From Desulfobulbaceae bacterium (GTDB taxonomy: Bacteria > Desulfobacterota > Desulfobulbia > Desulfobulbales > SURF-16), in assembly GCA_027859235.1 (NCBI GenBank), contig JAQIBE010000263.1:3568-67567 (forward strand): a stretch of DNA of 64,000 bases. Reading direction: 5' to 3'. The notes below the pieces were generated by a model that was not told the origin of the DNA, did no database searches, and worked only from the letters and a program-made list of their open reading frames with translations. Below, piece after piece: positions 29,726 through 38,822 of this stretch (within the stretch, counting starts at the first letter, position 1; the number at the start of each line of letters is the position of its first letter). A program made the position numbers and the translations under genes.

Positions 29726-29821
29726 ATGATGACTGTTATATTGCTGGGCAGTTGGGTCGGTGTACTGGTTGTTTCCCTGGGTGCCTCCCTGATTGTTTTG
29801 AAGAAATTTGATTTATTGTAA
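29726..29821 (+). CDS. CydX-like small single-TM peptide (31 aa)
   Basis: Hand translation gives MMTVILLGSWVGVLVVSLGASLIVLKKFDLL. It starts 14 nt after cydB and is followed by a terminator. Confidence 0.45.
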   Translation: MMTVILLGSWVGVLVVSLGASLIVLKKFDLL

Positions 29822-29842
29822 GGTTGTCTTTATGCAGTGAAA

Positions 29843-29878
29843 ATGCCCTGGTGCCTGAAAAGCACAGGGCATTTTTTT
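29843..29878 (+). terminator. rho-independent terminator of the cyd operon
   Basis: atgccctggtgc-ctgaaaa-gcacagggcat followed by T7. Confidence 0.8.
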
Positions 29879-30131
29879 ATGGAAATGGGTAGATATGGTT
29901 TATTTTTCTAGACAGGCGGCCTTTGATATGGTCTATACTGCTCGTTTGCAGTTTTTAAAAAAAAGAGACCTGTGCTGGACAGTTGCGGGTGACTTGATTC
30001 ACCGTGCTTAGGTTTTGTAAACTGTATTTATTCAGAGGGTGCCGCCCAAATGGGAGCATCCACAGGAAGAAGACGACTGCCTGATACTTCCTGAACTGAA
30101 CGTTATCTATCTACATTATTGAGGATTCACC

Positions 30132-30269
30132 ATGAGTAAACGTACTTTTCAACCATCCAATGTTAAACGTGCCCGTACCCACGGTTTTCGTAAGCGTATG
30201 TCCACTAAGGCTGGACGTTCTATTATTAATTCACGTCGGGCAAAAGGTCGTAAACGTCTTTCCTGCTAG
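30132..30269 (+). CDS. rpmH: 50S ribosomal protein L34
   Basis: Hand translation gives [45 protein letters not shown] (45 aa, below the track cutoff). Confidence 0.95.
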   Translation: MSKRTFQPSNVKRARTHGFRKRMSTKAGRSIINSRRAKGRKRLSC

Positions 30270-30313
30270 TGGTGATTTACGCATGAAGGGTGACGGGAGC
30301 AGGTGCTGAGCCA

Positions 30314-30664
30314 ATGTTGCGGTATACTCTCCCTAAAACTGCCCTTCTCCGGAAATCAGCCCAGTATAACGCGGTATATCGACGGGGAAAACGAATTCGT
30401 GGACAGCATTTCAGTTTGATTTTTCTTGATAATGATCAAGGCTATAATCGGATGGGGATAAGTGTCCATGGGGTCAAGACTGCTGTTCGCCGGAATCGTT
30501 TTAAGCGTATTGTCCGGGAATTCTTTCGTTTGAATCGGGATTTTCTGCCTCCGGCGAAGGATATTGTCTTTGCCATTCGCAAAGAATGTGCCTTTGATTC
30601 GCCCCAGGCTGTTTATGATGCTGTTGTCTCTTCATTAGAGTGTCGTAATAAGAGGAAAACATGA
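30314..30664 (+). CDS. rnpA: ribonuclease P protein component
   Basis: [26 protein letters not shown] is typical of RnpA, and the gene follows rpmH. The alternative GTG start is at 30290. Confidence 0.85.
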   Translation: MLRYTLPKTALLRKSAQYNAVYRRGKRIRGQHFSLIFLDNDQGYNRMGISVHGVKTAVRRNRFKRIVREFFRLNRDFLPPAKDIVFAIRKECAFDSPQAVYDAVVSSLECRNKRKT

Positions 30665-30876
30665 AATACATCCTGCTCGGGTTGATTTTTGTCTACCAGC
30701 GGTTGGTGTCACCGTTTTTTCCTCCATCCTGTCGCTTTGTCCCCACCTGTTCCAGTTATGCCATTGAAGCCATTGAAACCCATGGTGCCTTGTATGGCGG
30801 CTGGATGTCCCTATGTCGTATCCTGCGTTGTCACCCCTTTTCCAAAGGCGGCTATGATCCGGTAAAGAATGGCTGA
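30661..30876 (+). CDS. yidD: membrane protein insertion efficiency factor
   Basis: [32 protein letters not shown]...[16 protein letters not shown]. Confidence 0.9.
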   Translation: MKYILLGLIFVYQRLVSPFFPPSCRFVPTCSSYAIEAIETHGALYGGWMSLCRILRCHPFSKGGYDPVKNG

Positions 30877-30938
30877 GTTCTTGCTGTTCATAGTCTGGAC
30901 GCTGTCTTTGTATACCTCTGCAAATGAGATTTATCCCC

Positions 30939-32588
30939 ATGGATAATAAAAGAGCCTTATTGGCTGTTGTTTTATCGTTGGGCATTTTGTTGGTCTATAA
31001 TCAACTCTTTGTCTCGCACGCCCCTCCTGTTGTTCCCATTGCAACTCAGACCTCTGAGGTTATGGGTCAGTCTCCTGATGCTGCTGTAACATCTATATCC
31101 CCCAGTAGTCTGACGCCCCCTGTGCCGCTTCCTGTTATGGCATCCGGGCGTGAAGGAGTGGATGTTGTGGTTGAAACCAGCCTGTATACGGCGGTTTTTA
31201 CCGAGAACGGCGGCGGTTTAAAGAGCTTTAAGCTTAAGAATTATACGGCGGAGCTTGCTGGTGATAGTGGCGAGCAGGAGCTCGTTGTGCAGACTGAGTT
31301 TAATGAGCTGCCGCTCTATTTTTCCTGGGGTGCAGATCCATCCTCTGCAGCTATTCCTTTGTATGAAGCCGACCGCACCGCTCTTGTGGTGCGTGATGAC
31401 GCGCAAACCCTCACCATGAATACCAGACTCCCCTCCGGAGTGGTGATGAGACGGATGATGACCTTTCATCCTGATTCCTATGTTATTGACCTTGAGGTTC
31501 AGGTGAGCAATGGTTCCACAGAACATCAGGTTCAGGGGGCACCATTTTTACGGCTGGTGAACGAGCCCTTTGCAGAGAATATGAATAGTCGCTTTCTCTT
31601 CACGGGGCCTGCCCAATATGCAGGTGGAGTCTTCGATCAATTCAAGGTTGCTGATCTGGAAGATGGTAAGATCGAGAAGGTCGGCGTTTTTGACTGGATT
31701 GGTTATGAAGGGATCTATTTTATGATGGCTGTGGTTCCCGGTGCTGAGCAGCAGACCGTATCCTATCAACTCCTGGATCCACTCAAAAAGAAGGTGTCCA
31801 CCACCTTGAGTTCCGGCGCGGTTGCTTTAAGTCCCGGAAATATAAAATCCTATTCCTACAGCAGTTATTTGGGCCCGAAGAAATTAGAGATCCTCAAGGG
31901 GGTTGGTTCCAACCTCAGTAAGGCGGTTAATTTTGGTTTCTTTGATTTTCTTGCAAAACCCATGCTGTTCCTGCTGAATTTTATTTTTGATTATGTCAAA
32001 AATTATGGTGTGGCCATTATTCTGTTGACGGTGCTTATCAAGGCGGTGTTCTGGCCTCTCTCTTACAAGGGTATGAAGTCCATGAAGGCCATGCAGAAGC
32101 TTGGCCCGAAGATGACTCAGATCCGTGAGAAGTACAGCGATGATCGGGACCGCATGAACCGTGAAATGATGCAGCTGTACAAGACGTATAATGTAAGTCC
32201 TGTTGGCGGTTGTTTGCCCATGCTGGCGCAGATCCCGGTATTTTTTGCCCTATATCGTCTCCTGATGCAGACCATTGAGCTGCGCCATGCGCCATTCTTT
32301 GGTTGGATTACCGACCTGTCGGCACCGGAGCGTTTATTTATAGGCTTTGATTTACCCTATCTCGGCGGGTTGCCGCTGTTGACCCTGTGTATGGGTCTGT
32401 CCATGTTCCTGCAGCAGAAGTTGACCCCGCAGCCTGCAGATGCTACTCAAGCGAAGATTATGATGTTTATGCCTGTAATCTTTACCGTGATTTCCATTAA
32501 ATTTGCATCAGGTCTTGTCCTGTACTGGCTCGTTAATAATTTACTGTCCATGTTGCAGCAATATGCCATTAATAAGGCTCCAGATTGA
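30939..32588 (+). CDS. yidC: membrane protein insertase YidC
   Basis: MDNKRALLAVVLS start, with the C-terminal conserved core GCLPMLAQIPVFFALY...ASGLVLYWLVNNLLSMLQQ. Confidence 0.9.
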   Translation: MDNKRALLAVVLSLGILLVYNQLFVSHAPPVVPIATQTSEVMGQSPDAAVTSISPSSLTPPVPLPVMASGREGVDVVVETSLYTAVFTENGGGLKSFKLKNYTAELAGDSGEQELVVQTEFNELPLYFSWGADPSSAAIPLYEADRTALVVRDDAQTLTMNTRLPSGVVMRRMMTFHPDSYVIDLEVQVSNGSTEHQVQGAPFLRLVNEPFAENMNSRFLFTGPAQYAGGVFDQFKVADLEDGKIEKVGVFDWIGYEGIYFMMAVVPGAEQQTVSYQLLDPLKKKVSTTLSSGAVALSPGNIKSYSYSSYLGPKKLEILKGVGSNLSKAVNFGFFDFLAKPMLFLLNFIFDYVKNYGVAIILLTVLIKAVFWPLSYKGMKSMKAMQKLGPKMTQIREKYSDDRDRMNREMMQLYKTYNVSPVGGCLPMLAQIPVFFALYRLLMQTIELRHAPFFGWITDLSAPERLFIGFDLPYLGGLPLLTLCMGLSMFLQQKLTPQPADATQAKIMMFMPVIFTVISIKFASGLVLYWLVNNLLSMLQQYAINKAPD

Positions 32589-32651
32589 TTCAAGGAGTGT
32601 GGTTAAATTGTCCCTCGGGAAAAGATTCAGGTGTTGCATGAGGAAAAGATA

Positions 32652-33569
32652 ATGGCAAAAAAGTTTCAGTTTAAAGGGAAAGATATTGATGATGCCGTGA
32701 ACAAGGCCTGTGCCAGGTTCGGTGTTGGCCGTGATGAGCTGAATATTGATGTTGTCTCCACTGGTTCAACGGGCATCTTCGGCTTGCTGAAGAAACAGTC
32801 TTCCATTGAGGCGTGGCTGAAGAGTGATATGGCGGCGGATGTCGTTCCGGAGAAAACTCCTGTTGTTGCGGATGACATCCCTGGACCGGAAGAGGTTGTT
32901 GAGGATGTTGGTGTTGAGCCTGGTGAGGAGAGCCCCACCAAACCTGAGAAGGCGAAAGTGCAGGAGCCGGAAGAGGCTGCCCCCCAAAAGAGTCGTCCCC
33001 GTTATCGTCCTCCCCAGCATACCCCTGTCCCTGTTCCTGAAGAGTTCCATGCCGGCCTGAAGGATGAATTGCTGCAACTCCTGAAACTCATGGGTATGGA
33101 GGGCGAAATCACCTTTGGTGAGGAGAACGGCAAGACAGCGCTTGTGATTCAAGGGCAAGAACTCATCGAACCCCTCACTGCCCGTGACGGGCAGGCGTTG
33201 GATGGTTTGCAGTATCTTCTGCGAAAAATTTCCAGCCATACCTTGCCTGAAAACGGCATGTTTGTGGTGGATATTGACGGTTTTCGCGGTAAACGTCGGG
33301 CGGAACTGCAGGAGCTGGCGATCACCCTTGCTGATGAGGTAAAGGAAAAAAATGTGACCCGGACCATTCCTCCCCTCAACCCCTCAGAGCGCCGCATTGT
33401 CCATATGCACCTTCAGGATGATACAAGTATCCGCAGCCGCAGCGTTGGGAGCGGTTTGTTTAAGAAAATTTTGATTTATCAGCCTGGAACCCGCAAAAGA
33501 CCAAGCCGTAATAAGCGTGCAAATCGTCCCCGCGGAGGACGCGGGCAGGACCAGGACGGAAATAAGTAG
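32652..33569 (+). CDS. jag: Jag/KhpB RNA-binding protein (Jag_N, KH, R3H)
   Basis: The Jag N-domain is MAKKFQFKGKDIDDAVNKACARFGV. The R3H region is PLNPSERRIVHMHLQDD. A GAGGAAAAG RBS precedes ATG 32652. Confidence 0.85.
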   Translation: MAKKFQFKGKDIDDAVNKACARFGVGRDELNIDVVSTGSTGIFGLLKKQSSIEAWLKSDMAADVVPEKTPVVADDIPGPEEVVEDVGVEPGEESPTKPEKAKVQEPEEAAPQKSRPRYRPPQHTPVPVPEEFHAGLKDELLQLLKLMGMEGEITFGEENGKTALVIQGQELIEPLTARDGQALDGLQYLLRKISSHTLPENGMFVVDIDGFRGKRRAELQELAITLADEVKEKNVTRTIPPLNPSERRIVHMHLQDDTSIRSRSVGSGLFKKILIYQPGTRKRPSRNKRANRPRGGRGQDQDGNK

Positions 33570-33606
33570 TCTTGGTGTGGATGGACATGTCCTGATATGA
33601 TGGGTG

Positions 33607-33645
33607 CAGACAGTTTTTAACTGTCTGGGCCTTTTTTTATTTTTG
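33607..33645 (+). terminator. rho-independent terminator after jag
   Basis: cagacag-ttttta-actgtctg followed by a T-rich run. Confidence 0.7.
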
Positions 33646-33718
33646 GAGTATGATTTTGTTGCCGTTTTAGTCTTTTTAAATTGCCTTCTTGTCATAATAA
33701 TGGAGCCTGCACCCCATC

Positions 33719-35110
33719 ATGTCTCTTTCAGAACTGAGTGAACCAACCATAGCTGCAATTGCCACGCCTCCTGGTCCAGGCGGCATTGGGGTTATCCGCA
33801 TGAGCGGTGACCTGTCCCTTGGTATCCTTAAACGTGTTTTCGTCCCGAAGAATGTGGAGAAAATGTTTGTCAGTCATCATTTATCCTACGGTGATGTTGT
33901 TGATCCTGAAACGGGGCAGATGGTGGATGAGGTCCTTGCCGTGTATATGGCGGCCCCTGCCACCTATACCCGTGAGGATGTGGTGGAGATCCATTGCCAC
34001 GGCAGTTTTCTGATCCTGCAGCAGGTGTTGTCATTACTAATCAGCCGGGGAGCGACCTTGGCGTCCCCCGGGGAATTCACAAAACGTGCCTTCCTGAACG
34101 GTCGCATTGATCTCACCCGGGCCGAGGCCGTGATGGAGCTGCTGGATGCCACCACCTCTGCCAAGCTTGATATGGCGCGGAACCAGCTGGGCGGCGGTCT
34201 TTATGATCAGATCATGGCTATTCGCCAGCAGCTTCTTGTCTGTCGCGGGATTATTGAGGTGGCCATTGATTTTCCTGATGAGGATGCCGAGATTCTTGAT
34301 GGAGAAAAGATGATCGGCGATATTCGGCATAATGTTATTGCCCCTTTGGAGGATCTTATCCGTTCCGCCCGGCGGGGTCAGGTTTTTCGTGAAGGGGTCT
34401 CAGTTGTCATCCTTGGGAGGCCCAATGTGGGGAAGTCCTCCCTGCTGAATGGACTCTTGCGGGAGGAGCGGGCCATTGTTACCTCGGTACCCGGCACCAC
34501 GCGGGATACAATTGAGGAGATTATTGACATTCGTGGCTTACCCGTACGGATCGTCGATACGGCCGGTATTCGTGAACATGCCGGGAAGGTGGAGGAGATC
34601 GGTATTAACCGGGCCAAGGCGAAGCTGGCCCAGGCTGATTTTGTTCTGTTCCTCATTGACGGGCCGGGTGGGATTAGTGCAGAGGAGCTGGAATTAAGGA
34701 AGCTGGTTCAGGGAAAACCCGTGTTGTTTGCGGTGAATAAAATTGATGTTATGGATTATGAGCCGGCAGACTTTGCTGAATTTTGCGGAAAATCTCCTCA
34801 GTTTGGCATTTCCGCAAAGCTCCATTTAGGTATTGAGGCCCTGGAAAATGGTCTGTACTCCCTTGTCACCAGCGGGGATGACTGGGATCCCGGCCATGGT
34901 GTCGTGCCCAATGTCCGGCATCGCTTGTCCCTTGAAAAAGGTCTTGAGGCGGCGCAGCGGGTAACCCTGGGTCTTGGACAGGGGCTTTCAGCGGATCTTT
35001 TAGCGGTTGATTTGCAGGATGTGCTGGATGGTCTTGGTGACATTATTGGTGAAACCACCACGGAAGATGTCCTTGATGTCATATTTGAACAATTTTGTTT
35101 GGGGAAATGA
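33719..35110 (+). CDS. mnmE: tRNA modification GTPase MnmE
   Basis: IAAIATPPGPGGIGVIRMSG, the G-domain GRPNVGKSSLLN...DTAGIR, and a C-terminal ...FEQFCLGK. Confidence 0.95.
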   Translation: MSLSELSEPTIAAIATPPGPGGIGVIRMSGDLSLGILKRVFVPKNVEKMFVSHHLSYGDVVDPETGQMVDEVLAVYMAAPATYTREDVVEIHCHGSFLILQQVLSLLISRGATLASPGEFTKRAFLNGRIDLTRAEAVMELLDATTSAKLDMARNQLGGGLYDQIMAIRQQLLVCRGIIEVAIDFPDEDAEILDGEKMIGDIRHNVIAPLEDLIRSARRGQVFREGVSVVILGRPNVGKSSLLNGLLREERAIVTSVPGTTRDTIEEIIDIRGLPVRIVDTAGIREHAGKVEEIGINRAKAKLAQADFVLFLIDGPGGISAEELELRKLVQGKPVLFAVNKIDVMDYEPADFAEFCGKSPQFGISAKLHLGIEALENGLYSLVTSGDDWDPGHGVVPNVRHRLSLEKGLEAAQRVTLGLGQGLSADLLAVDLQDVLDGLGDIIGETTTEDVLDVIFEQFCLGK

Positions 35111-35231
35111 CCATTGTCAGGCTTTGGGGATCTTTTTGCCAAGCAGAGAGGGGTGGGTTTGGGTGGTTATGTAAAGATGGATGCTGCTCCTGCTGATTTC
35201 TTCGGGGTTAATATGTTGTCAGGGAAAATGT

Positions 35232-35756
35232 ATGTCTACGCGTAAAACAATATTGTCTAAAGCACAACTGCAGAAACGGGTTAGCGAACTTGGCGCTCAG
35301 ATCAGCCGGGATTACTCTGGCAAGTCGTTGGTGCTGATAGGGGTGCTGAACGGCGCTTTTATTTTTATGGCAGATCTGGCCCGTGCCATAGAACTTGAGC
35401 ATGTGCAGGTGGATTTTATTCGGGTGTCCAGTTACGGTAAATCCTCAGAATCTTCCGGTGAAATTACCCTGAGCAAGGATGTTGAACTTGATCTTGAGGA
35501 TAAAGATGTCCTGCTCGTGGAGGATATTATTGATACGGGACGGACACTGGCCTGGTTGCACCACTCGTTTCAGCAGAGGAAGGCTGCATCGGTGCGAATC
35601 TGTACCCTGATTGATAAATCTGAGCGGCGTGAGGTGGATATTCAGCCAGATTACACAGGGTTTGTTGTTGCTGAAGGATTCCTCGTTGGTTATGGCCTTG
35701 ATTATGCTGAGGATTTCAGGCATTTTCCAGAAATATCCCATCTTGAATTGTCGTAA
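35232..35756 (+). CDS. hpt: hypoxanthine phosphoribosyltransferase
   Basis: LIGVLNGAFIFMADLARA and the PRPP loop VLLVEDIIDTGRTL. ATG 35232 gives a typical Hpt N-terminus. Confidence 0.9.
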   Translation: MSTRKTILSKAQLQKRVSELGAQISRDYSGKSLVLIGVLNGAFIFMADLARAIELEHVQVDFIRVSSYGKSSESSGEITLSKDVELDLEDKDVLLVEDIIDTGRTLAWLHHSFQQRKAASVRICTLIDKSERREVDIQPDYTGFVVAEGFLVGYGLDYAEDFRHFPEISHLELS

Positions 35757-36070
35757 TCTGCTAATTCAAGACCCATCCCCTTTCTGCACTGTTGTTTTAG
35801 AGGCGTTTTCCTGAGGGTTTATTTATGTTGGCTTGAATTTTACTGCATTGCCACGGATTGATCGATTGGGGTCTGGTTTTCCTTTCGGTCTTTGGCTTGG
35901 TGTTTATTATTCAGGGAATGATTAATTTTCTTAAAGATCCTGAGGACTCTGAGGAGGATGAGTAGGTGCTTCCTTCTGAAGCGGTCTTGAGGGTGATCCG
36001 GGTTATAGGTCGGGATGGGTATCAGCTGACTGACAGGAGATGGGGCAGGATGATTGGCTGGTAAGGAAGG

Positions 36071-36129
36071 TGGCGGAGAAGGAGGGATTCGAACCCTCGG
36101 TTCGCGATTAACGAACACTCGCTTAGCAG
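36071..36129 (-). pseudogene. 3' fragment of tRNA-Ser(GCU), cut at the anticodon loop (att-site remnant)
   Basis: The reverse complement reads CTGCTAA-GCGAG-TGTTCGTTAATCGCGAACC-GAGGGTTCGAATCCCTC-CTTCTCC-G-CCA. That is an anticodon loop (GCU), a 3' anticodon stem, a long variable arm, a T-arm, a 3' acceptor strand, G73 and CCA. The expected 5' stem CTCGC, D-arm and GGAGAAG acceptor strand are absent; ATTGA is found instead. Confidence 0.75.
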
Positions 36130-36339
36130 TCAATTCAGCGATATTTGTTATAGGCGTCTCTGCTGATTTCCTTTGAACAACTTGGTCTTAATGGAGCTTG
36201 AAAGATATAGAAAGCCCAAGAAGTGGTACATAGAGTGGTACAGTACACTTTTCCTTTTATTCTAATTGTATCTCAAATTGTTGAGTTTTTATTCAATCTT
36301 TAGTGAACCTTTTATTAATCTTATAAGAGGTATTTTGTA

Positions 36340-37803
36340 ATGAGTGAAAATAATAAAAAAGATGAGAAAGACAAAGATTTTCTGAAGGACGTTGTAGTCC
36401 CAGAATTTGTATTTTTTCATACTAGCCAAAAGGAGGGATATGCAAAGAGGGCAATCGAGAAAAATTGTAATGAAATTTACAATATCAAATCTAATAAGTT
36501 TTTAGAATTTCTCAGATCACTCCATTATAAGGAATTTAACAAAGGTATAAGTAGATCAGAGTTGAGCTCTATACAGGAGACTTGTAATAGTATAGCTATT
36601 TTTGCTCCAGATTCTCGCGAGGAAGAGGTGCATTTAAGAACAGCTCAAAAGAAAAAGGTTATATATGTTGATCTCGGTGATAAAACTTGGAAGGTTGTGA
36701 GGATAACGAGTGAAGGGTGTAAAATTGTTAAGAACATTAACGTTAATTTTCACAGGCCCTCTGGATATTTGCCATTATGTCGTCCAGATCTTAATTCTAA
36801 AAAAGGTAAGGGCTTTAGGTTATTAAAACAGTTCTTTAGAAATATATCTAATGAAGACTATAGGTTAATGTTGTGTTGGTTGATTTCAGCAATTAGACCA
36901 TCAGGACCTTTTCCTATCTTAATTTTACAAGGTGAACAAGGAGCTGGAAAGAGTACATGTATGCGATTTCTAAAAATGTTGATCGACCCATTTAAAGCCC
37001 CGATTAGATCTCTTCCAAAGACAGAAAGAGACTTGATGATATCCGCTTTAAATAGCATGCTTTTAGCATTTGATAATATTTCAAATCTTAAAGCAGAGTT
37101 ACCTGATGCTTTTTGTCGACTTGCGACTGGTGCAGGGCTTTCTACCCGGAAACTATATTCAGATGATGGGGAGCAGTTTTTCGAGGCTTGTCGTCCAATT
37201 ATGTTAAACGGTATTAGTGATTTTGTTACCAAGAACGATTTAGCAAGTCGATCCATTCTGTTGAGTCTTGCAAGTATTGACCGCCCAGATAGGGTCACTG
37301 AACAAGAATTAAGGAAGAATTTCCGTGATGCTCAACCTGCAATCTTAGCAGATCTTTACAGGGCTGTTAGTGTCGCATTGAAAAATATTGATACGGTTAA
37401 ACTGAAAAATAGTCCTAGAATGGCAGATTTTGCTGCATGGTCTTGTGCCGCCTCAAAAAAGGTTAAATGGACTCATGATCAATTTCTGGAAGCCTATGAT
37501 GTTAACCAAAAACAATTGTCAGATGCTTGTTTTGACGCAGATATTGTTGCTACGACAGTGCATAACTTTATGATAGAAGCGTTAGCTTGGCAAGGGACAG
37601 CTACCGAATTATTAACTGCTTTGTCTAAATTTAATCCTGAAGTTACCCAAACAAGGTATTGGCCTAAATCTGCGAGTAAAATGTCCAGTCGACTAAGGGA
37701 AGGATTGCCTGCGTTGCAGGAGAAAAGAATAGAGGTGAAGCTTTTTCGTAAGGATGATAAGCGGCTTATTCAATTAGAATTGCTAGATGAAGATGATGAA
37801 TAA
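36340..37803 (+). CDS. P-loop NTPase of phage/plasmid primase-helicase type (VapE/P4-alpha C-terminal-like)
   Basis: 487-aa ORF. Walker A is ILILQGEQGAGKSTCMRFL and Walker B-like is MLLAFDNISN. This architecture is typical of integrative-element replication proteins. The family name is from pattern memory, not a search. Confidence 0.65.
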   Translation: MSENNKKDEKDKDFLKDVVVPEFVFFHTSQKEGYAKRAIEKNCNEIYNIKSNKFLEFLRSLHYKEFNKGISRSELSSIQETCNSIAIFAPDSREEEVHLRTAQKKKVIYVDLGDKTWKVVRITSEGCKIVKNINVNFHRPSGYLPLCRPDLNSKKGKGFRLLKQFFRNISNEDYRLMLCWLISAIRPSGPFPILILQGEQGAGKSTCMRFLKMLIDPFKAPIRSLPKTERDLMISALNSMLLAFDNISNLKAELPDAFCRLATGAGLSTRKLYSDDGEQFFEACRPIMLNGISDFVTKNDLASRSILLSLASIDRPDRVTEQELRKNFRDAQPAILADLYRAVSVALKNIDTVKLKNSPRMADFAAWSCAASKKVKWTHDQFLEAYDVNQKQLSDACFDADIVATTVHNFMIEALAWQGTATELLTALSKFNPEVTQTRYWPKSASKMSSRLREGLPALQEKRIEVKLFRKDDKRLIQLELLDEDDE

Positions 37804-37872
37804 GTTGTAGTATAGTTTGGCTTGTGCTGGTTGGCGTGTAATCAACAGGCTGGCTTTGCCAGCCTGTTACAA

Positions 37873-38076
37873 CCGTCACTACGTGACGGCACTAACGGCT
37901 TTTTTTACTTTTTAATATTATATAAATATTATTATAAAATGAAAATGTTTGAGTAAGTAAGTAATACGTGAGCGATGAGACAAATGCATGAATGTGCCGT
38001 TAGTGCCGTCATATCGTCATCAAACCAAGCTATTCACTTTTCTTATAACTATCGTCATGTCGTCACTGCCGTCACC
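37873..38076. repeat. ori-like region: CGTCA(C/T) iterons and a 16-bp inverted repeat flanking a ~96-bp very AT-rich spacer
   Basis: There is a hairpin ccgtcac-tac-gtgacgg (37873-37889). tgacggcactaacggc (37884-37899) pairs with gccgttagtgccgtca (37996-38011). Further copies appear in ccgtcatatcgtcatc and atcgtcatgtcgtcactgccgtcacc (38007-38076). Confidence 0.45.
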
Positions 38077-38374
38077 ATGAAGTTTGATTTGATAAAGATA
38101 TACTTAGATAATAGTATAAAATAAATATCAAGCCTATGGATTACATTGTGTATGACTCGGTTTATGATCGAATTCGAAGAGCAACGGGCTCCTTATGTAT
38201 GAAGAAGGTAATTACACAGAATTATTTACAGGCTCACCTTATCCTAAGAAACAGATCTATCCATCAACACTCATATACTGCACATCTTCAATACCTCTAT
38301 AGTCAACAAACAATCATCAATACTCCTATGTTGTTCATCACCAAGATTTAAGTAGTGAGCTAATGATGCTAATT

Positions 38375-38698
38375 TCATGTCTCCAGCTCGCTTACCAAAG
38401 ACCTGATCAATAGTGGGTAGGTGTCAATGATACCCGTATTTACAGGCATGGGCATACCGATAGCATCAAAGCTCTTGGTATGGCTGGGAATGTCGAAATT
38501 AATGATATTCTGGCCACCCCCCACTCTATCATGAAGAATAAGATAAATATCGACTATGTTGGCTCTAGCTTAGTATTTAGCAGCAATTCCATCTACTAGA
38601 ACGGTTGTCAACCGTGTAGTACAAAATCGAGCCAATTTCACCAATACTAATATATTTCTTAGGATGAGGACTACACCTCCTACTATAGCTTTCACCAT
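38375..38698 (-). pseudogene. degenerate SNF2/helicase C-terminal-domain remnant with an internal TAA
   Basis: Hand translation gives MVKAIVGGVVLILRNILVLVKLARFCTTRLTTVLVDGIAAKY*ARANIVDIYLILHDRVGGGQNIINFDIPSHTKSFDAIGMPMPVNTGIIDTYPLLI. It loosely follows the helicase-C pattern (VLIF...G....R...F....GG.G.N...A..VI.FD.PWNP...Q..GR..R.GQ) with key residues lost. Confidence 0.3.
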
Positions 38699-38822
38699 GA
38701 ATAAAAACAGCTAAATACCCGAAAATCTGTCTCAAAACACACGCCCTACCTATATTTACGGGTTAATAAGCAGAATCCCACTTGCGCTAAACTGCAAGAT
38801 TTTCCACAAAAAACAGGACAAA

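Noticed and set aside
29880-30131. oriC next to the rpmH-rnpA-yidC-jag-mnmE cluster
   Set aside because: This cluster is often origin-proximal. However, there is no dnaA gene upstream (the cyd operon is there), and I saw only one weak DnaA-box-like ATCCACA, not a cluster.
35840-36133. 97-aa ORF on the minus strand
   Set aside because: It runs through the tRNA-Ser fragment (PPSPPPS comes from the T-arm and acceptor sequence), and there is no RBS.
38136-38351. 71-aa ORF in the AT-rich gap after the ori-like repeats
   Set aside because: There is no RBS, and the composition-driven sequence is rich in Y/I/H/Q. It is likely non-coding.
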